Numbered from the stretch's first letter, positions 47,675 to 58,000 are shown. The stretch is 64,000 nt of DNA from an uncultured Myxococcales bacterium (GCA_964443975.1 CAYUFS010000023.1:1953-65952), one strand, 5' to 3'. Numbers and translations: made by a program. The notes: generated by a model from the sequence alone, not told the origin.

Positions 47675-49284
47675 GCGCCGCCGTCGTTCCGTTTTCGCCG
47701 CCCGCCTCCTCGGCGCGACCGCCCGTCAACAAGTGGCTCGTCACGCTCTCCGTCACGTTCGGCACCCTGATGGGCGCGCTCGACACCTCCATCGTCGCCG
47801 TCGCGACTCCGCACCTGCGCGGCGCCCTCGGCTCGACTGTCGAGGAGATGACCTGGGTCACGACCGGCTTCGTCATTGCCACCGTCATCGTCATGCCGCT
47901 CACCGCGTTCCTCGGGCGCACCTTCGGCCAGAAGCGCGTGTACATGTTTTCCCTGGCCCTATTCGTGGTCGGATCGGCGTTGTGCGGCCTCGCGCGCTCG
48001 TTGCCGATGATGGTGGCGTTCCGCGCCCTCCAGGGCCTCGGCGCCGGCGCGCTGCAACCGACCGAGCAAGCCATCTTGCGCCAGACGTTCCCGCCCGAGG
48101 AGCAGGGCATGGCCATGGCGCTGTTCGGGCTGGCTGTGGTCGTCGGTCCGGCGGCCGGACCGGCGCTCGGCGGCATCATCGTCGACAACTACAGCTGGCC
48201 GTGGATCTTCTACATCAACTTGCCGATCGGCATCCTGGCGCTGTTCATGGTCAGCCGCTTCGTGCACGAGCCGGAGGATATTCGGCGGGCAAACCTCGAG
48301 CGGGCACGACGCGAGCGCGGTGACCTCGACTGGATTGGCATCGTCCTCATGACCATCGGCCTCGCGTGTCTTCAGTACGTGCTCGAGGAAGGCAGCCGGA
48401 ACGATTGGTTTCAGTCGAAGGCGATCGCCACCTGCGCGTTCCTGGCGATCGCCATCCTGGCGGCGTTCGTCCTCCGCGAGCTGACGGCCCCCCATCCCGC
48501 CGTCGATCTATCCCTGTTTCGCGATCCGGTGTTTCTGACCGGCACGGTGATCGGCGGGATCATGTTCGCGATCCTGATGTCGATCACGTTCCTGTTGCCG
48601 GTCTTCATGCAAGAGCTGCTGGGATTCACAGCCACGCAATCGGGCGAGGCCCTGATGCCGCGGGCGCTGGCCATGATGGTCGGCATCCCGATCATCGGGC
48701 GACTCTACAACGTCGTGCAGCCGCGCATCCTCGTCTCCGTGGGTGTCTGTCTGGTCGCCTTCAGTACGTATTTGATGGCGCACTACACCCTCGACACGAG
48801 CGCGCGGACGGTGGCGGGCGCCATCATCATCCAGGGGTTCGGCTTCGCGGCGCTGTTCGTTCCCCTGACCACCGTCGCGCTCATGGGGATCCCACGCTAT
48901 CGATTGGCCGACGCGACCGGCCTCAACTCGCTGGTGCGGCAGATCGGCGGATCGCTTGGCCTGGCCGCGTTCGCCACGTTGTTGCCGCACTTCGTGGTCA
49001 CGGCGCGCACCGGCCTCGTGGCCCACGTCGTCGCGGGCCGCGCCGACGTCACCGCGCGACTGGGCCGGATCCAGCAGGGGCTGGTCGGTCGTGGCCTCGA
49101 CCCGGGGGACGCGCCAGGCGCGGCGCGCAGGATGCTGGCCGGCTTGATCGAGCGCCAAGCGAACGTGCTGGCCTTCGAGCGCATGTTCCTGCTCGCAGGC
49201 ATGGCGTTCCTCTTCGTCCTGCCGCTGGGGATGTTCCTCAAGGCCCCGCGCGGGGCGCGACGGTCGAAGCCCGACCTTCACTAG
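47671..49284 (+). CDS. MFS drug:H+ antiporter, DHA2 (EmrB/QacA) family
   Basis: A GTG start overlaps the TetR stop (GTGA). 14-TMS profile with motif A (ALQGLGAGAL) and DHA2-type blocks (WIFYINLPIG). Confidence 0.9.
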   Translation: MSAAVVPFSPPASSARPPVNKWLVTLSVTFGTLMGALDTSIVAVATPHLRGALGSTVEEMTWVTTGFVIATVIVMPLTAFLGRTFGQKRVYMFSLALFVVGSALCGLARSLPMMVAFRALQGLGAGALQPTEQAILRQTFPPEEQGMAMALFGLAVVVGPAAGPALGGIIVDNYSWPWIFYINLPIGILALFMVSRFVHEPEDIRRANLERARRERGDLDWIGIVLMTIGLACLQYVLEEGSRNDWFQSKAIATCAFLAIAILAAFVLRELTAPHPAVDLSLFRDPVFLTGTVIGGIMFAILMSITFLLPVFMQELLGFTATQSGEALMPRALAMMVGIPIIGRLYNVVQPRILVSVGVCLVAFSTYLMAHYTLDTSARTVAGAIIIQGFGFAALFVPLTTVALMGIPRYRLADATGLNSLVRQIGGSLGLAAFATLLPHFVVTARTGLVAHVVAGRADVTARLGRIQQGLVGRGLDPGDAPGAARRMLAGLIERQANVLAFERMFLLAGMAFLFVLPLGMFLKAPRGARRSKPDLH

Positions 49285-49335
49285 TCAATAGCGAGATCCT
49301 GGAAAGCCAATCTTTCATCAGAAAAGAAGGACGAT

Positions 49336-50652
49336 ATGGAGACCGCACGAAATCAGAAGTCAGCAACCGGGACCGCCAACCCAGTCGGGGTGGGTGGGCC
49401 GGTGCCCGGAGCGGTAGGTGACGCGGCGGCCGTGCCGGCACCGACCACCAGCGCCGCGCCAGCCCAAGCTCCGACCGCCGCGAAGCCGGCGCGGTCGCGC
49501 CGCCCGTTCGCCATCCTGGCCACGCTCGTTCTCGTGGGACTGGCCGGCGTGGGCGTTTACCGCCACCTCACCGCCGGCCAGGAGACCACCGACGACGCGC
49601 AGGTCGGGGCGGACACCGTCCCCGTCGGGACGCGCGTCGGCGGCATCCTGGCGCACGTCGCCGTCCGCGAGGATCAGCCGGTGAAGAAGGGCGACCTCCT
49701 GGCGCAGATCGACGACGCCGACTATGCCGCCCGCGTGCAGCAGGCGGAGGCCGATCTGGCGATCGCCCAGGCGCAGGCGGCCAGCGCCGAGGCGGAGTCA
49801 GAGATCGTCGAGGCGACTTCCAAGGGCGGCCTCGACGCCGCGCGCGCCGCCCTGCGTGGCTCGAGCGTGGGCGTGAGCAGCGCGTCGGCCCAGGTCGACG
49901 CCGCCCGCGCCGCGCTCGACCGCGCCCATGCCGACGCGCGCAAGGCGGAGATCGACCTGACCCGCGCCCGCGAGCTGCGCGCCGCGAACGCAATCCCGGC
50001 GGAGCGCCTGGACGCCGCGCAGATCGCCTTCGAATCGGCCCGCGCCGGGCTGGCGCAGGCAAAGGCCCAGGTGGCCCTGGCGGTCGAGGCGAAGAGCGCA
50101 GCCCAGAGCCACGTGGGCGAGGCGCGCGGCCACCTCTCGCAGAGCGCGCCGATCGCGCCCCAGATCGCCGCGGCTCACGCCGGGGTCGAGCTCGCCCACG
50201 CACGCGTCCGGAGCATGCAGGCCGCCGTGACGCTGGCGCGCCTGCAGCTCGGCTACACGCGCATCGTGGCGCCGGCCGATGGCGTGGCGTCGAAGTTGAT
50301 GGTCCACGACGGGCAGCTGGTCACCGTGGGCCAACCGGTGATCGATCTGGTCCCGAGCGGGACGTACCTGATCGCGAACTTCAAGGAAACGCAGATCGGG
50401 AAGATGCGCATCGGGCAGCGTGCCGAGATCGAGCTCGACGCGTTCCCCGGCCAGAAGTTCGAGGGTCAGGTGACGAGTCTGTCGGGTGGCACGGGCGCCA
50501 GCTTCTCGCTGTTGCCCGCCGACAATGCCACCGGGAACTTCGTGAAGGTGGTGCAGCGGGTTCCCGTCCGCATCGCCTGGACCTCGCCGCCGCGGGACGC
50601 CGCCATGCGCGCGGGCCTCTCCGCGGACGTCACCGTCTTCGTGGAGAAGTAG
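49336..50652 (+). CDS. HlyD/EmrA-family membrane fusion protein
   Basis: Single N-terminal TM helix, a coiled-coil (ADYAARVQQAEADLAIAQAQAASAEAE...) and a beta-barrel/lipoyl region (ANFKETQIGKMRIGQRAEIELDAFPG). Confidence 0.85.
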   Translation: METARNQKSATGTANPVGVGGPVPGAVGDAAAVPAPTTSAAPAQAPTAAKPARSRRPFAILATLVLVGLAGVGVYRHLTAGQETTDDAQVGADTVPVGTRVGGILAHVAVREDQPVKKGDLLAQIDDADYAARVQQAEADLAIAQAQAASAEAESEIVEATSKGGLDAARAALRGSSVGVSSASAQVDAARAALDRAHADARKAEIDLTRARELRAANAIPAERLDAAQIAFESARAGLAQAKAQVALAVEAKSAAQSHVGEARGHLSQSAPIAPQIAAAHAGVELAHARVRSMQAAVTLARLQLGYTRIVAPADGVASKLMVHDGQLVTVGQPVIDLVPSGTYLIANFKETQIGKMRIGQRAEIELDAFPGQKFEGQVTSLSGGTGASFSLLPADNATGNFVKVVQRVPVRIAWTSPPRDAAMRAGLSADVTVFVEK

Positions 50653-50654
50653 CC

Positions 50655-51977
50655 ATGCCCCTGATCTCGTGGGCGACCCTCGCCGCGATCCTGGTGGCGG
50701 CCGGTGCCGCGCCGTCCCTCGCGTGGGCCGCGTCGCCGTCGCCGGCACAGACCTTGACCATCGAGGAGGCGGTGGCGCGGGCGCTGCGGGACAATCCCCG
50801 CCTCGGCGCCGCCCGCCGTCGGCTCGAGGGTCGAACGGAAGCGACGACGGCGGCCGGGCGACGAATGTTGCCCTCCGTCCACCTGAGCGAGGAGTTGCAG
50901 TATTACGACCGGCCGTTCAGCGTCACCTTCGGCCCCAGCGCCCTGACGGTCCGCGACCAGACGACGAACGCGTTCGCGGCGTCGGCGAACCAGCCGGTGC
51001 TGGGGCTGTTGCGCCTCGACAGCGAGCGGGAGGCGCTGGCGGAGGGCCGGGTGGCCGCCGAAGCGCAGCTGGCGGCAGCCGAGGCCGACCTGCGCGAGGC
51101 CATCAAGATAGAGTTCCTGCGCACGTTCGAGGCGCAGGCGATGAAGCACATCGCCGAGACGTCCGCCGCCGAGCTGTCCGACCAGGTCACGGTGGCGCGC
51201 GCGCGGCTGGCGACCGGCGTCATCACCGAGGCCGACCTGCTGCGTCTGCAGGTCGCGGTGGCCAACGCGCGCCAGCAGGCGCTGCAGGCGGAGGGCCAGG
51301 CGCGCGCGTCGCGGGCGACGCTGTTCGCGGCGATGGGCGTAGAGCCCGCGGACGGCAACGCTGTCACGCTGATCGAACCGCAGGCCTTCCTCGATGCGGC
51401 GCGCGTCGCGGCGACTGCGTCCGCCGAGGCGCTGTTGTCCGGCGCGCACGCTCGCCGCCCCGAGGTCGTTCAGCAGACGCACCTCGTGTCGTCGCTGGAC
51501 CTCGACGCGCGGGCGCGCGGCTATGCGATGCTGCCCGAGATCGATCTCGAGGCGGCGTATGTGCGCATCGATGGCCAGCAGTTCGCGCCGAAGAACTCGG
51601 CCTATGTCGGGGTCAAGGCGGAGTGGGGAATCTGGGAGTGGGGGACGACCGAGCATCGGCGGCGGGCGGCGCTGGCCGAGGCGGCGGCGGCGCGCCAGGA
51701 CGCGGAGGGCGTCGATCGCCAGATCGAGGCGGAGGTGGTGGGCGCCGTCTCGGAGGGCGACGCCGCTCGCGGGGCCGTTCAGGCGGCCGAGGAGGCCATC
51801 GCGAGCGCGGAGGAGGCCTTCCGCGTGACCGAGGCGCAAACGAAGGCCGGCACGGCCACGACGACGGATCTGCTGGAGGCGCAGTCCGCGCTGACGCAGG
51901 CGCGCCTCAACCTGACCCGCGCGGAATACGAGCTCGCGCTCGCGCAGGTGCGGCTCACGCGCGCGTCGGGCGGGTGA
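50655..51977 (+). CDS. Outer-membrane efflux protein (TolC/OMF family)
   Basis: Signal peptide, then two repeats of coiled-coil/beta segments (LTIEEAVARALRDNPRL ... TATTTDLLEAQSALTQARLNLTRAEYELALAQVRL). Confidence 0.8.
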   Translation: MPLISWATLAAILVAAGAAPSLAWAASPSPAQTLTIEEAVARALRDNPRLGAARRRLEGRTEATTAAGRRMLPSVHLSEELQYYDRPFSVTFGPSALTVRDQTTNAFAASANQPVLGLLRLDSEREALAEGRVAAEAQLAAAEADLREAIKIEFLRTFEAQAMKHIAETSAAELSDQVTVARARLATGVITEADLLRLQVAVANARQQALQAEGQARASRATLFAAMGVEPADGNAVTLIEPQAFLDAARVAATASAEALLSGAHARRPEVVQQTHLVSSLDLDARARGYAMLPEIDLEAAYVRIDGQQFAPKNSAYVGVKAEWGIWEWGTTEHRRRAALAEAAAARQDAEGVDRQIEAEVVGAVSEGDAARGAVQAAEEAIASAEEAFRVTEAQTKAGTATTTDLLEAQSALTQARLNLTRAEYELALAQVRLTRASGG

Positions 51978-52423
51978 CGCCCGCGGCGGTCGGGGGCGGC
52001 CGCGTGCGGCCTCAAGGGCGTCGACCGTTCCGCCGATGGTCCTGCCGATGAACGGAACGTCCGCTTGCTCGGGGGCCAGCGACCCTCAGTCCGACAGCTC
52101 GGCCATCTACCAGGCGGCGATGGCGAAGCGCGCGCAAGACAGCAGCCGGATCGATGGCGCGAACGCGCTTCGCCTGATCGAAGCGGCGAGCGCCCCGGCT
52201 CCCGCGCCGCGTCCCTTGCCCGACGGGGCGACGATCAGCGTCCGCGCGTAGCCAGCGGCATCAGCGTCCCGGAGCCCGATCTCACGGCGCTTGCCGCGGT
52301 GGCGGGCGTCCCCCGTCATCTTGCGGCGCGCAGGTCCGATCGCGGGACGCCGAAGACGCGCCACTGGCGGTCGGCCCCGGAGAAATTCCCCCGGCGCCGA
52401 CCGGGCGTGGAGAGCCGCCGCGG

Positions 52424-53407
52424 TCAGCGCGCGGGAGAAATGGTGACGTGGACGAGGGTCTGATTGAGCAACTGGAAGGCAATCTCGCCGAACGTCATGG
52501 GACCAAGGAGTGACCCCGTTCGGTGGTTTTCGAGCTCGCCGTAGAGGTAATTGAGCACGCAATTGCAGGTGAACACGGGCGCCCCGACGTCCGAGGGGAT
52601 CGAGGCGAGGAAACGTTGCGGATAGCTCTCGATGGGGCGGGCGAATCGATACGACACGCCCTCGAACACGGGGGCGTAGAGCTTGACGGTCGCGCTTTGC
52701 GCGTCGAGCGCCTGAATGCTGACGTTGATCAGCGCGCCGCAAAAATTGGCGACCAGGGGCAGGCGGGTGTCGAGGCGCTTGCCCACTACGTAGTCGTGGA
52801 AGTTCCGACGCTCACCGTTGATCGTGCAGTCCTTCACCCCGAAGCCCGAGGCAGGGAAGGTGATCTCATCTCCGTCCGCGGCGGGCTCGAAGATGTTGAC
52901 GATACCGATCTGCGCGCGGTGGGATTCGGGCAAGTCGACGTGAAGCGCCACCCCGCGATCCGACAGCACCTCGCCGGTCATGCCGTTGAAGACCTTCGGG
53001 GTTTTCTTGCCGAGATCATCGAGGTGAATCCCCGAGATCCACCCGGCCACCGTCTTCAGGAACAGGTCCTTGTAGAGCGGCGCCTCGAGCGCGTATTGCT
53101 GGTGGATGGGCGTGAAGGCAGGGAGGATCAGGATGGTGTAGCCGTTCTCCGGGGAGTCCTCGCCAATCTTGGCGATGGTGCTCACGTCGTAGACCGTGGC
53201 GGTCCGCGGGTGCGCGAACGGCGGGGCCACCTCCACGAAGATGCCCGTGCGAGATGTCTTGCCGCCCTCCTCGGTCATGAAGTAAGGGATGGTGCCTCCG
53301 ATCCAACTGCCGCGAGGCACGGCGCGCAGCACATCCTCCTCCGCGGCGAGGACGAGGGTCTTGCCGGCCGCCAAAAGTTCCTTCACTTGGTCGATGGTCG
53401 CGAACAT
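52424..53407 (-). CDS. Possible FIST-domain sensor protein
   Basis: The C-terminal block LGPMTFGEIAFQLLNQTLVHV resembles the FIST_C consensus (GEI...NqT) as I recall it. About 327 aa. Confidence 0.35.
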   Translation of the reverse strand: MFATIDQVKELLAAGKTLVLAAEEDVLRAVPRGSWIGGTIPYFMTEEGGKTSRTGIFVEVAPPFAHPRTATVYDVSTIAKIGEDSPENGYTILILPAFTPIHQQYALEAPLYKDLFLKTVAGWISGIHLDDLGKKTPKVFNGMTGEVLSDRGVALHVDLPESHRAQIGIVNIFEPAADGDEITFPASGFGVKDCTINGERRNFHDYVVGKRLDTRLPLVANFCGALINVSIQALDAQSATVKLYAPVFEGVSYRFARPIESYPQRFLASIPSDVGAPVFTCNCVLNYLYGELENHRTGSLLGPMTFGEIAFQLLNQTLVHVTISPAR

Positions 53408-53417
53408 GCGCTTCTCC

Positions 53418-53636
53418 TTAGCCGAACAGCCGCTTGATATCGTCGCCGAGGATGGCCTCGTATTTGAGGAAGAACTTCCGCGCTTCTTCCGCGAGCGCGT
53501 CGAACTGCGAGTGGTCCTTCTGGTACTTGCTGCGCAGGTTGAACATCAGCATGCTGGCGGAGGCCAACTTGAATTGGTGGTTCGTGCTGCCCTTGATCAG
53601 TGCTGCCCACGCGGGGTGCGTCTTTGCAGGAATCAT
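53418..53636 (-). CDS. Hypothetical 72-aa protein
   Basis: Small ORF 10 nt upstream of the FIST-like gene on the same strand. The codon pattern looks coding. No motif recognised. Confidence 0.3.
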   Translation of the reverse strand: MIPAKTHPAWAALIKGSTNHQFKLASASMLMFNLRSKYQKDHSQFDALAEEARKFFLKYEAILGDDIKRLFG

Positions 53637-54043
53637 TTCGCTTTGTCCCTCTCGCAGGGGCCATCGGTGAGGGGGGAGCGAACTTGAGAGGGCGCGCGAA
53701 GAGGCCGGATCCCCGCGGCCGGGACGGCTCGGGCGACGCGGGTCTACGATTGTCGGCGAGTCGGCGATCGTCGGGCCGATCCTTCATTCGATGCGCAATC
53801 TGCGCAGGCCGATCCGCGTGAGCGACCGTCGCTTTCCCTAATTGAGCAACCCCGCGACCCGCGCTCCGGAAGCGCTCGTGTGGGGCGCCGGCCGCCCTGC
53901 CCATCAGTTTGGTTCGATCCCTGCAGGTGCGGGCGGCCACGATGCTCCAGCCCGCGACCTCCGTGACACGCCAAGGCGCGGGGACGATGAAATCGGCGCT
54001 TGCCTGCCCGCGGGTCTCCGTGCCAGGACTGGTTAGGCCCACG

Positions 54044-55225
54044 ATGGGAAGCGGCTTCCGGATCGACGCGTACCTTCAGGACTGTCGCCGGTTGACGCTT
54101 GAGGAAATCAAGAGACACGTCCCGCGCGACACCCGAAACACCGCGGGCCTGTACGACCTCATCCTCGACTATCCGATGCGTCCCGCCAAGGCGCTGCGTC
54201 CCGCGCTCTGCATTGGTGTCTGCCTGGGTCTAGGAGGCCACCTCGATGCGGCGCTGCCCTCGGCGGCCGCATTCGAATTGTTTCACAACGCGTTCCTGGT
54301 CCACGACGACGTCGAGGACGCGTCGCTGCTGCGTCGCCACGGGCCGACGCTGCACTCCACTCATGGCGTCCCGATCGCGGTCAACGTAGGTGACGCGATG
54401 TTGGCGGTCGCCTTCGCTCCGTTGCTCGACAACGTTCGCGTCGTCGGGCTGGGCCCGGCGCTGAAGATCCTGCAGTCGTTCGCACGGATGGCACGTGAAT
54501 CCGCTGAGGGACAGATGCTGGAGCTCGACTGGATCCGAAACCGTCGCTGGGATTTGGAGGACCGTGACTACCTGCGCATGGTCCACAAGAAGACAGGGTG
54601 GTATTCGTTCATAGCGCCGATACAGGTGGGCGCGATCGCCGCCGGCGCGGATCGCCGGACCATCGATACGCTGGGGCGGTTCGCCGTGACCCTGGGCATC
54701 GCGTTCCAGATTCAAGACGACTTGCTGAGCTTGGAGGGAGGGGAGGGCACGATCGGGAAGGACGCACTGGGCGACCTCTGGGAGGGGAAGTACACGCTCG
54801 CGCTGCTGCACGCGCTGCGCTCGTTGCCCGAGCCCGAGCGCCGCGAGGCGTTCGCGATTCTGGCGCTGTCGCGCGCGACGCCGCCGGATGACGGAGCGCC
54901 TCCCGACGATTCGACGGACCGGGCCCGGCTGTTCGCAAGGCTCGTGAATGGGGCCGTCCCGCTTTCCGTGGGCGAGCGGGCCATCCTCGAGAAGGCGCTC
55001 CTCGGCGCGCCCGCCGACAACCGAACCGCCGCCGACGTCCGCAGGCTCCACGAGCTCGTCACGGGTCGCGGAGGAGAGAGTCTCCTGCACGCGCGGCGAA
55101 TCGCCCGCCGGCTGGCGGGTCGATCCATGGCGGTGCTGGACCGCGGCCTGAAGGAGTTGCCCGATTCCATACACAAACTGTTTCTGAAAGAACTGGTCGA
55201 GTTTGTGATACACAGATCCCGCTGA
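54044..55225 (+). CDS. Polyprenyl (trans-isoprenyl) diphosphate synthase, FPP/GGPP synthase family
   Basis: First Asp-rich motif FLVHDDVED and second FQIQDDLLS. The start is placed at Met 54044 (alternative 53987). Confidence 0.85.
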   Translation: MGSGFRIDAYLQDCRRLTLEEIKRHVPRDTRNTAGLYDLILDYPMRPAKALRPALCIGVCLGLGGHLDAALPSAAAFELFHNAFLVHDDVEDASLLRRHGPTLHSTHGVPIAVNVGDAMLAVAFAPLLDNVRVVGLGPALKILQSFARMARESAEGQMLELDWIRNRRWDLEDRDYLRMVHKKTGWYSFIAPIQVGAIAAGADRRTIDTLGRFAVTLGIAFQIQDDLLSLEGGEGTIGKDALGDLWEGKYTLALLHALRSLPEPERREAFAILALSRATPPDDGAPPDDSTDRARLFARLVNGAVPLSVGERAILEKALLGAPADNRTAADVRRLHELVTGRGGESLLHARRIARRLAGRSMAVLDRGLKELPDSIHKLFLKELVEFVIHRSR

Positions 55226-55243
55226 GGCGGGGGAGGGAGACGA

Positions 55244-55819
55244 ATGACGAGGTCTGGCTCGGGGGGCGAATCGGCGGGTGAAGAGGATGCGCTGCTCGCT
55301 GCGCTGCTAAGAATCCACCGAACGAAGCGGCAGCGGCAGAGAGAGCGCGAGGGAGCGCCGAACGCTTCGTATGAGCGAATCCTCGGTCATTTCGCCCAGA
55401 GGGGAGACAGACTGCGCGGCGAGAAGCTGGTCACGGCCGAGCTGATCGAGCGACTGTTCGAGGCCGGACGCGTGATTCCGGCGCGTCGGGTTCAACAGGA
55501 GCTCAACATCGTCGGCGGCGCTGGCTCCCGGGCGGCGGGGCGATTGAGGCTCGCTAACCGTTCGGCCACACGAGCGCGCTTCGAGTTCGTCGTTGGTGAT
55601 CCCCTTGAAGGCGGCAGCCCTCCACGGGTCGTCTTCGAGCCCCACGGGGGCGAGCTCGATCCAGGCGAGACGCGGCTGGTCAGGGTCGAGGCGGACCTCG
55701 GAGGTTGGCGCGAGGGGGACGCGATGACGATCCCGGTGGAATGTCGATGGGACAAGGGCCGTGATCGTCTTTGGCTCGATGTCTCCGCCCTGCCCCTCGC
55801 TCGTGAGGGCGATCGATGA
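55244..55819 (+). CDS. Hypothetical protein
   Basis: 191-aa ORF 19 nt after the prenyl synthase. Its stop overlaps the next start (ATGA). Confidence 0.45.
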   Translation: MTRSGSGGESAGEEDALLAALLRIHRTKRQRQREREGAPNASYERILGHFAQRGDRLRGEKLVTAELIERLFEAGRVIPARRVQQELNIVGGAGSRAAGRLRLANRSATRARFEFVVGDPLEGGSPPRVVFEPHGGELDPGETRLVRVEADLGGWREGDAMTIPVECRWDKGRDRLWLDVSALPLAREGDR

Positions 55820-56199
55820 CCGCTCCGGACGACGATCTGCTGCCCGAGGTCGTGATTGGCGATCAGGAGGACGCCGTCCTCGATCTGCTGCGTGAAATGC
55901 AGAGCGCCGCGCTCGTGCACTCGGAGGCGACTCGGGCCCTGTACCGGAGCCTCATACAGGAAGGCAGGCTATTCGCGCAGACCGCCATCGGCAGGCGATG
56001 GAAGGACCGGATCCTTCGGTCGACGCTGCTCGAGCGGGCCGTGTTGATTTGGCAGAACGCCACGCTGTGGATAACGGAGGAGCCAGCAGACACCGCGACG
56101 CCCTCGGCGCTGATCGACGCGGTCGCGGCGGCCGCCACGTCGCCGCGCCGAGACGAGTTGCTGGATCGCCTCTTCAAAGACCTGGACGACGGAGCGTGA
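55816..56199 (+). CDS. Hypothetical protein
   Basis: 127-aa ORF, translationally coupled on both sides. Confidence 0.45.
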   Translation: MTAPDDDLLPEVVIGDQEDAVLDLLREMQSAALVHSEATRALYRSLIQEGRLFAQTAIGRRWKDRILRSTLLERAVLIWQNATLWITEEPADTATPSALIDAVAAAATSPRRDELLDRLFKDLDDGA

Positions 56200-56200
56200 C

Positions 56201-56500
56201 ATGCTGGAAGAACAGCTCGAGCAATTCTCCGGCCGTGATGGATTCGCTCACATGCTGCTCGGGATCGTGGGATTCACCGAGCGCTTGGCGGCGGTCACCG
56301 CCATTCCCCGTCCGGACGGGGGCGTCTGTGCTGACGGACCTTTGGCTCACCTCCTGATGGGGGTGATCTCCGCGGGGCTGACCCTGCGGGCTGCCCTGCT
56401 GTGCGATCAGGCCCGCGCGGCGGCGGAATCGAAGCCCGAGGGGGGCGGCGCTGCCAACGAGCCGGGGCCCATCGATGCGTCCAAGGGGATGCTGCGATGA
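56201..56500 (+). CDS. Hypothetical protein
   Basis: 99-aa ORF with hydrophobic stretches (HMLLGIVGFTERLAAVTAI, LLMGVISAGLTL). Its stop overlaps the next start. Confidence 0.4.
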   Translation: MLEEQLEQFSGRDGFAHMLLGIVGFTERLAAVTAIPRPDGGVCADGPLAHLLMGVISAGLTLRAALLCDQARAAAESKPEGGGAANEPGPIDASKGMLR

Positions 56501-57561
56501 CCGTCACGGGTCGTCTGGACCCCGCGATCGCACGTTCCGTGACGCGCGTGGACGCCTGGCGCCAATCAGCGAAGAGCGCCGCCAGCGACAGTGGCTCGTA
56601 CAAGGAGTGGATGCACTTCTGCGTCTGCCTCGCGGATCGCACCCACCCAACGGGACACCTGCTGGTGAACCTCAACGTCACTGACAGCCTCCTGGCGGGA
56701 GCTCGAACGCGCAATCCCCGGCTGATTGCGCTCGGCTACCTCGGCGATTGGACGGGAACGCTGGAGACCTTCGGGGACGATGCGGTTTCGGGCGGCGCGG
56801 GCGGATTGGATCTGTTCCTCGGGCGAAATGGCGTGAGCTGGAGGGACGGCGCGTATGTCCTCGTCCTCGACGCCGCAGAGATCGCCGCCGACCTCCGGCT
56901 CCGGCCCCTCGTGCCGCCCACGGTACCGAGTCAGGTGTCGTTCGGCGGCCGGCACTCGATAGCGTGGGTGGTCGTCCCGCGCCTCGAGGCCACGGGCTGG
57001 GTGCGGATCGGCGGCCGCACGTTACGTCTCGAGCGGGCGTCCGCCTATCACGATCACAACTGGGGACACTTCCGATGGGGCGGCGACCTCGCCTGGGAGT
57101 GGGGCTTCGTCAACCCGGCCGATGCGCGCTGCCCGTTCAGCGTCGTCTTCGCGCGGGTGTCCGATCGCGGTCGTCATTGCACGTTCAGCCAAAGCGTGCT
57201 GCTGTGGCGCCGGGACAGCCTCATCCGCACCTTCCAGGACCGAGAGGTGCGGATGACCATGGAGGGTGCCCACCCGGGCCCCCGTCCGTTCACCCTGCCC
57301 CGGGTGGCGTCGCTCCTGCTGCCCGGCACCAGCTCCGGCGTGCCGTCGCGGGTCCTCGTCGAAGCGCGGGGCAGGGACGAGCAAGTGACGATAGACCTCG
57401 TCACGAGCTCGAAGGCTCGCATCGGAATCCCGAGCGACACGGACCCCTTTCGGCTTGTCGTGCTCAACGAGACCTGCGGCGAAGCCCGCGTGAAGGGCTC
57501 CACCCGCGCGGCCGACCTCGACTTCGCCGGCCCCGCTGTCATGGAGTTCGTACGTGGCTGA
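56497..57561 (+). CDS. Hypothetical 354-aa protein; weak resemblance to a carotenoid-hydratase (CrtC)/AttH-like beta-sandwich
   Basis: Start at the internal Met (MTVTGRLDPAIAR). Contains AYHDHNWGHFRWGGDLAWEWGF. The family call is unverified. Confidence 0.45.
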   Translation: MTVTGRLDPAIARSVTRVDAWRQSAKSAASDSGSYKEWMHFCVCLADRTHPTGHLLVNLNVTDSLLAGARTRNPRLIALGYLGDWTGTLETFGDDAVSGGAGGLDLFLGRNGVSWRDGAYVLVLDAAEIAADLRLRPLVPPTVPSQVSFGGRHSIAWVVVPRLEATGWVRIGGRTLRLERASAYHDHNWGHFRWGGDLAWEWGFVNPADARCPFSVVFARVSDRGRHCTFSQSVLLWRRDSLIRTFQDREVRMTMEGAHPGPRPFTLPRVASLLLPGTSSGVPSRVLVEARGRDEQVTIDLVTSSKARIGIPSDTDPFRLVVLNETCGEARVKGSTRAADLDFAGPAVMEFVRG

Positions 57562-58000
57562 GACGCGCGCGGAGGCGCTGCCGCGGTTTCTCGAAGCCGC
57601 CATGTCGAGTCTCTCACATGAATCGCCCGCGCATCTGAGCGCCATGCAGCAGACGCTGCGCGACCTGCGCGCGGTTGTCCGCGTCGATGGCGCACCTCCC
57701 TTCAGCGTCTGCGTCGGCGCTGGACACGCATGGGTCGACCGGCGTCTCGCTCAAGGCGACGTTGAAGTTACGATGGAGGAATCGGCACTTACTGACCTCC
57801 TCCTAGGTCGCCTCACCATGGAGGAAGGCGTCCTCAACGACCGGGTCTTCGTTCGGGGCTCGCTGGATACCCTCCTGAAATTCTTGGAGGGCTGGGCTGA
57901 ATGGCTTCATGGCGCCTTGCGCTGCCCTTCGATGCCGGCTGTCCACCGGCAACTCCTGGCCATGGAAGTTGGCCGCCCAGTGAACCACCGTCCGGAATAG
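57554..58000 (+). CDS. SCP2 sterol-carrier-like domain protein
   Basis: A GTG start overlaps the upstream stop. TMEESALTDLLLGRLTMEEGVLNDRVFVRGSLDTLLKFLEGW resembles the SCP2 lipid-binding fold pattern. Confidence 0.5.
   Translation: MAETRAEALPRFLEAAMSSLSHESPAHLSAMQQTLRDLRAVVRVDGAPPFSVCVGAGHAWVDRRLAQGDVEVTMEESALTDLLLGRLTMEEGVLNDRVFVRGSLDTLLKFLEGWAEWLHGALRCPSMPAVHRQLLAMEVGRPVNHRPE

Noticed and set aside
52036-52251. 71-aa plus-strand ORF after the TolC-family gene
   Set aside because: No Shine-Dalgarno sequence, Ala/Ser/Pro-rich composition, and overlapped by other short ORFs. No support beyond being open.
53909-54043. Upstream extension of the polyprenyl synthetase ORF (start 53909)
   Set aside because: The extra 45 residues are Arg/Ala-rich and would begin inside the neighbouring intergenic region. 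The internal Met at 54044 gives a typical N-terminus.
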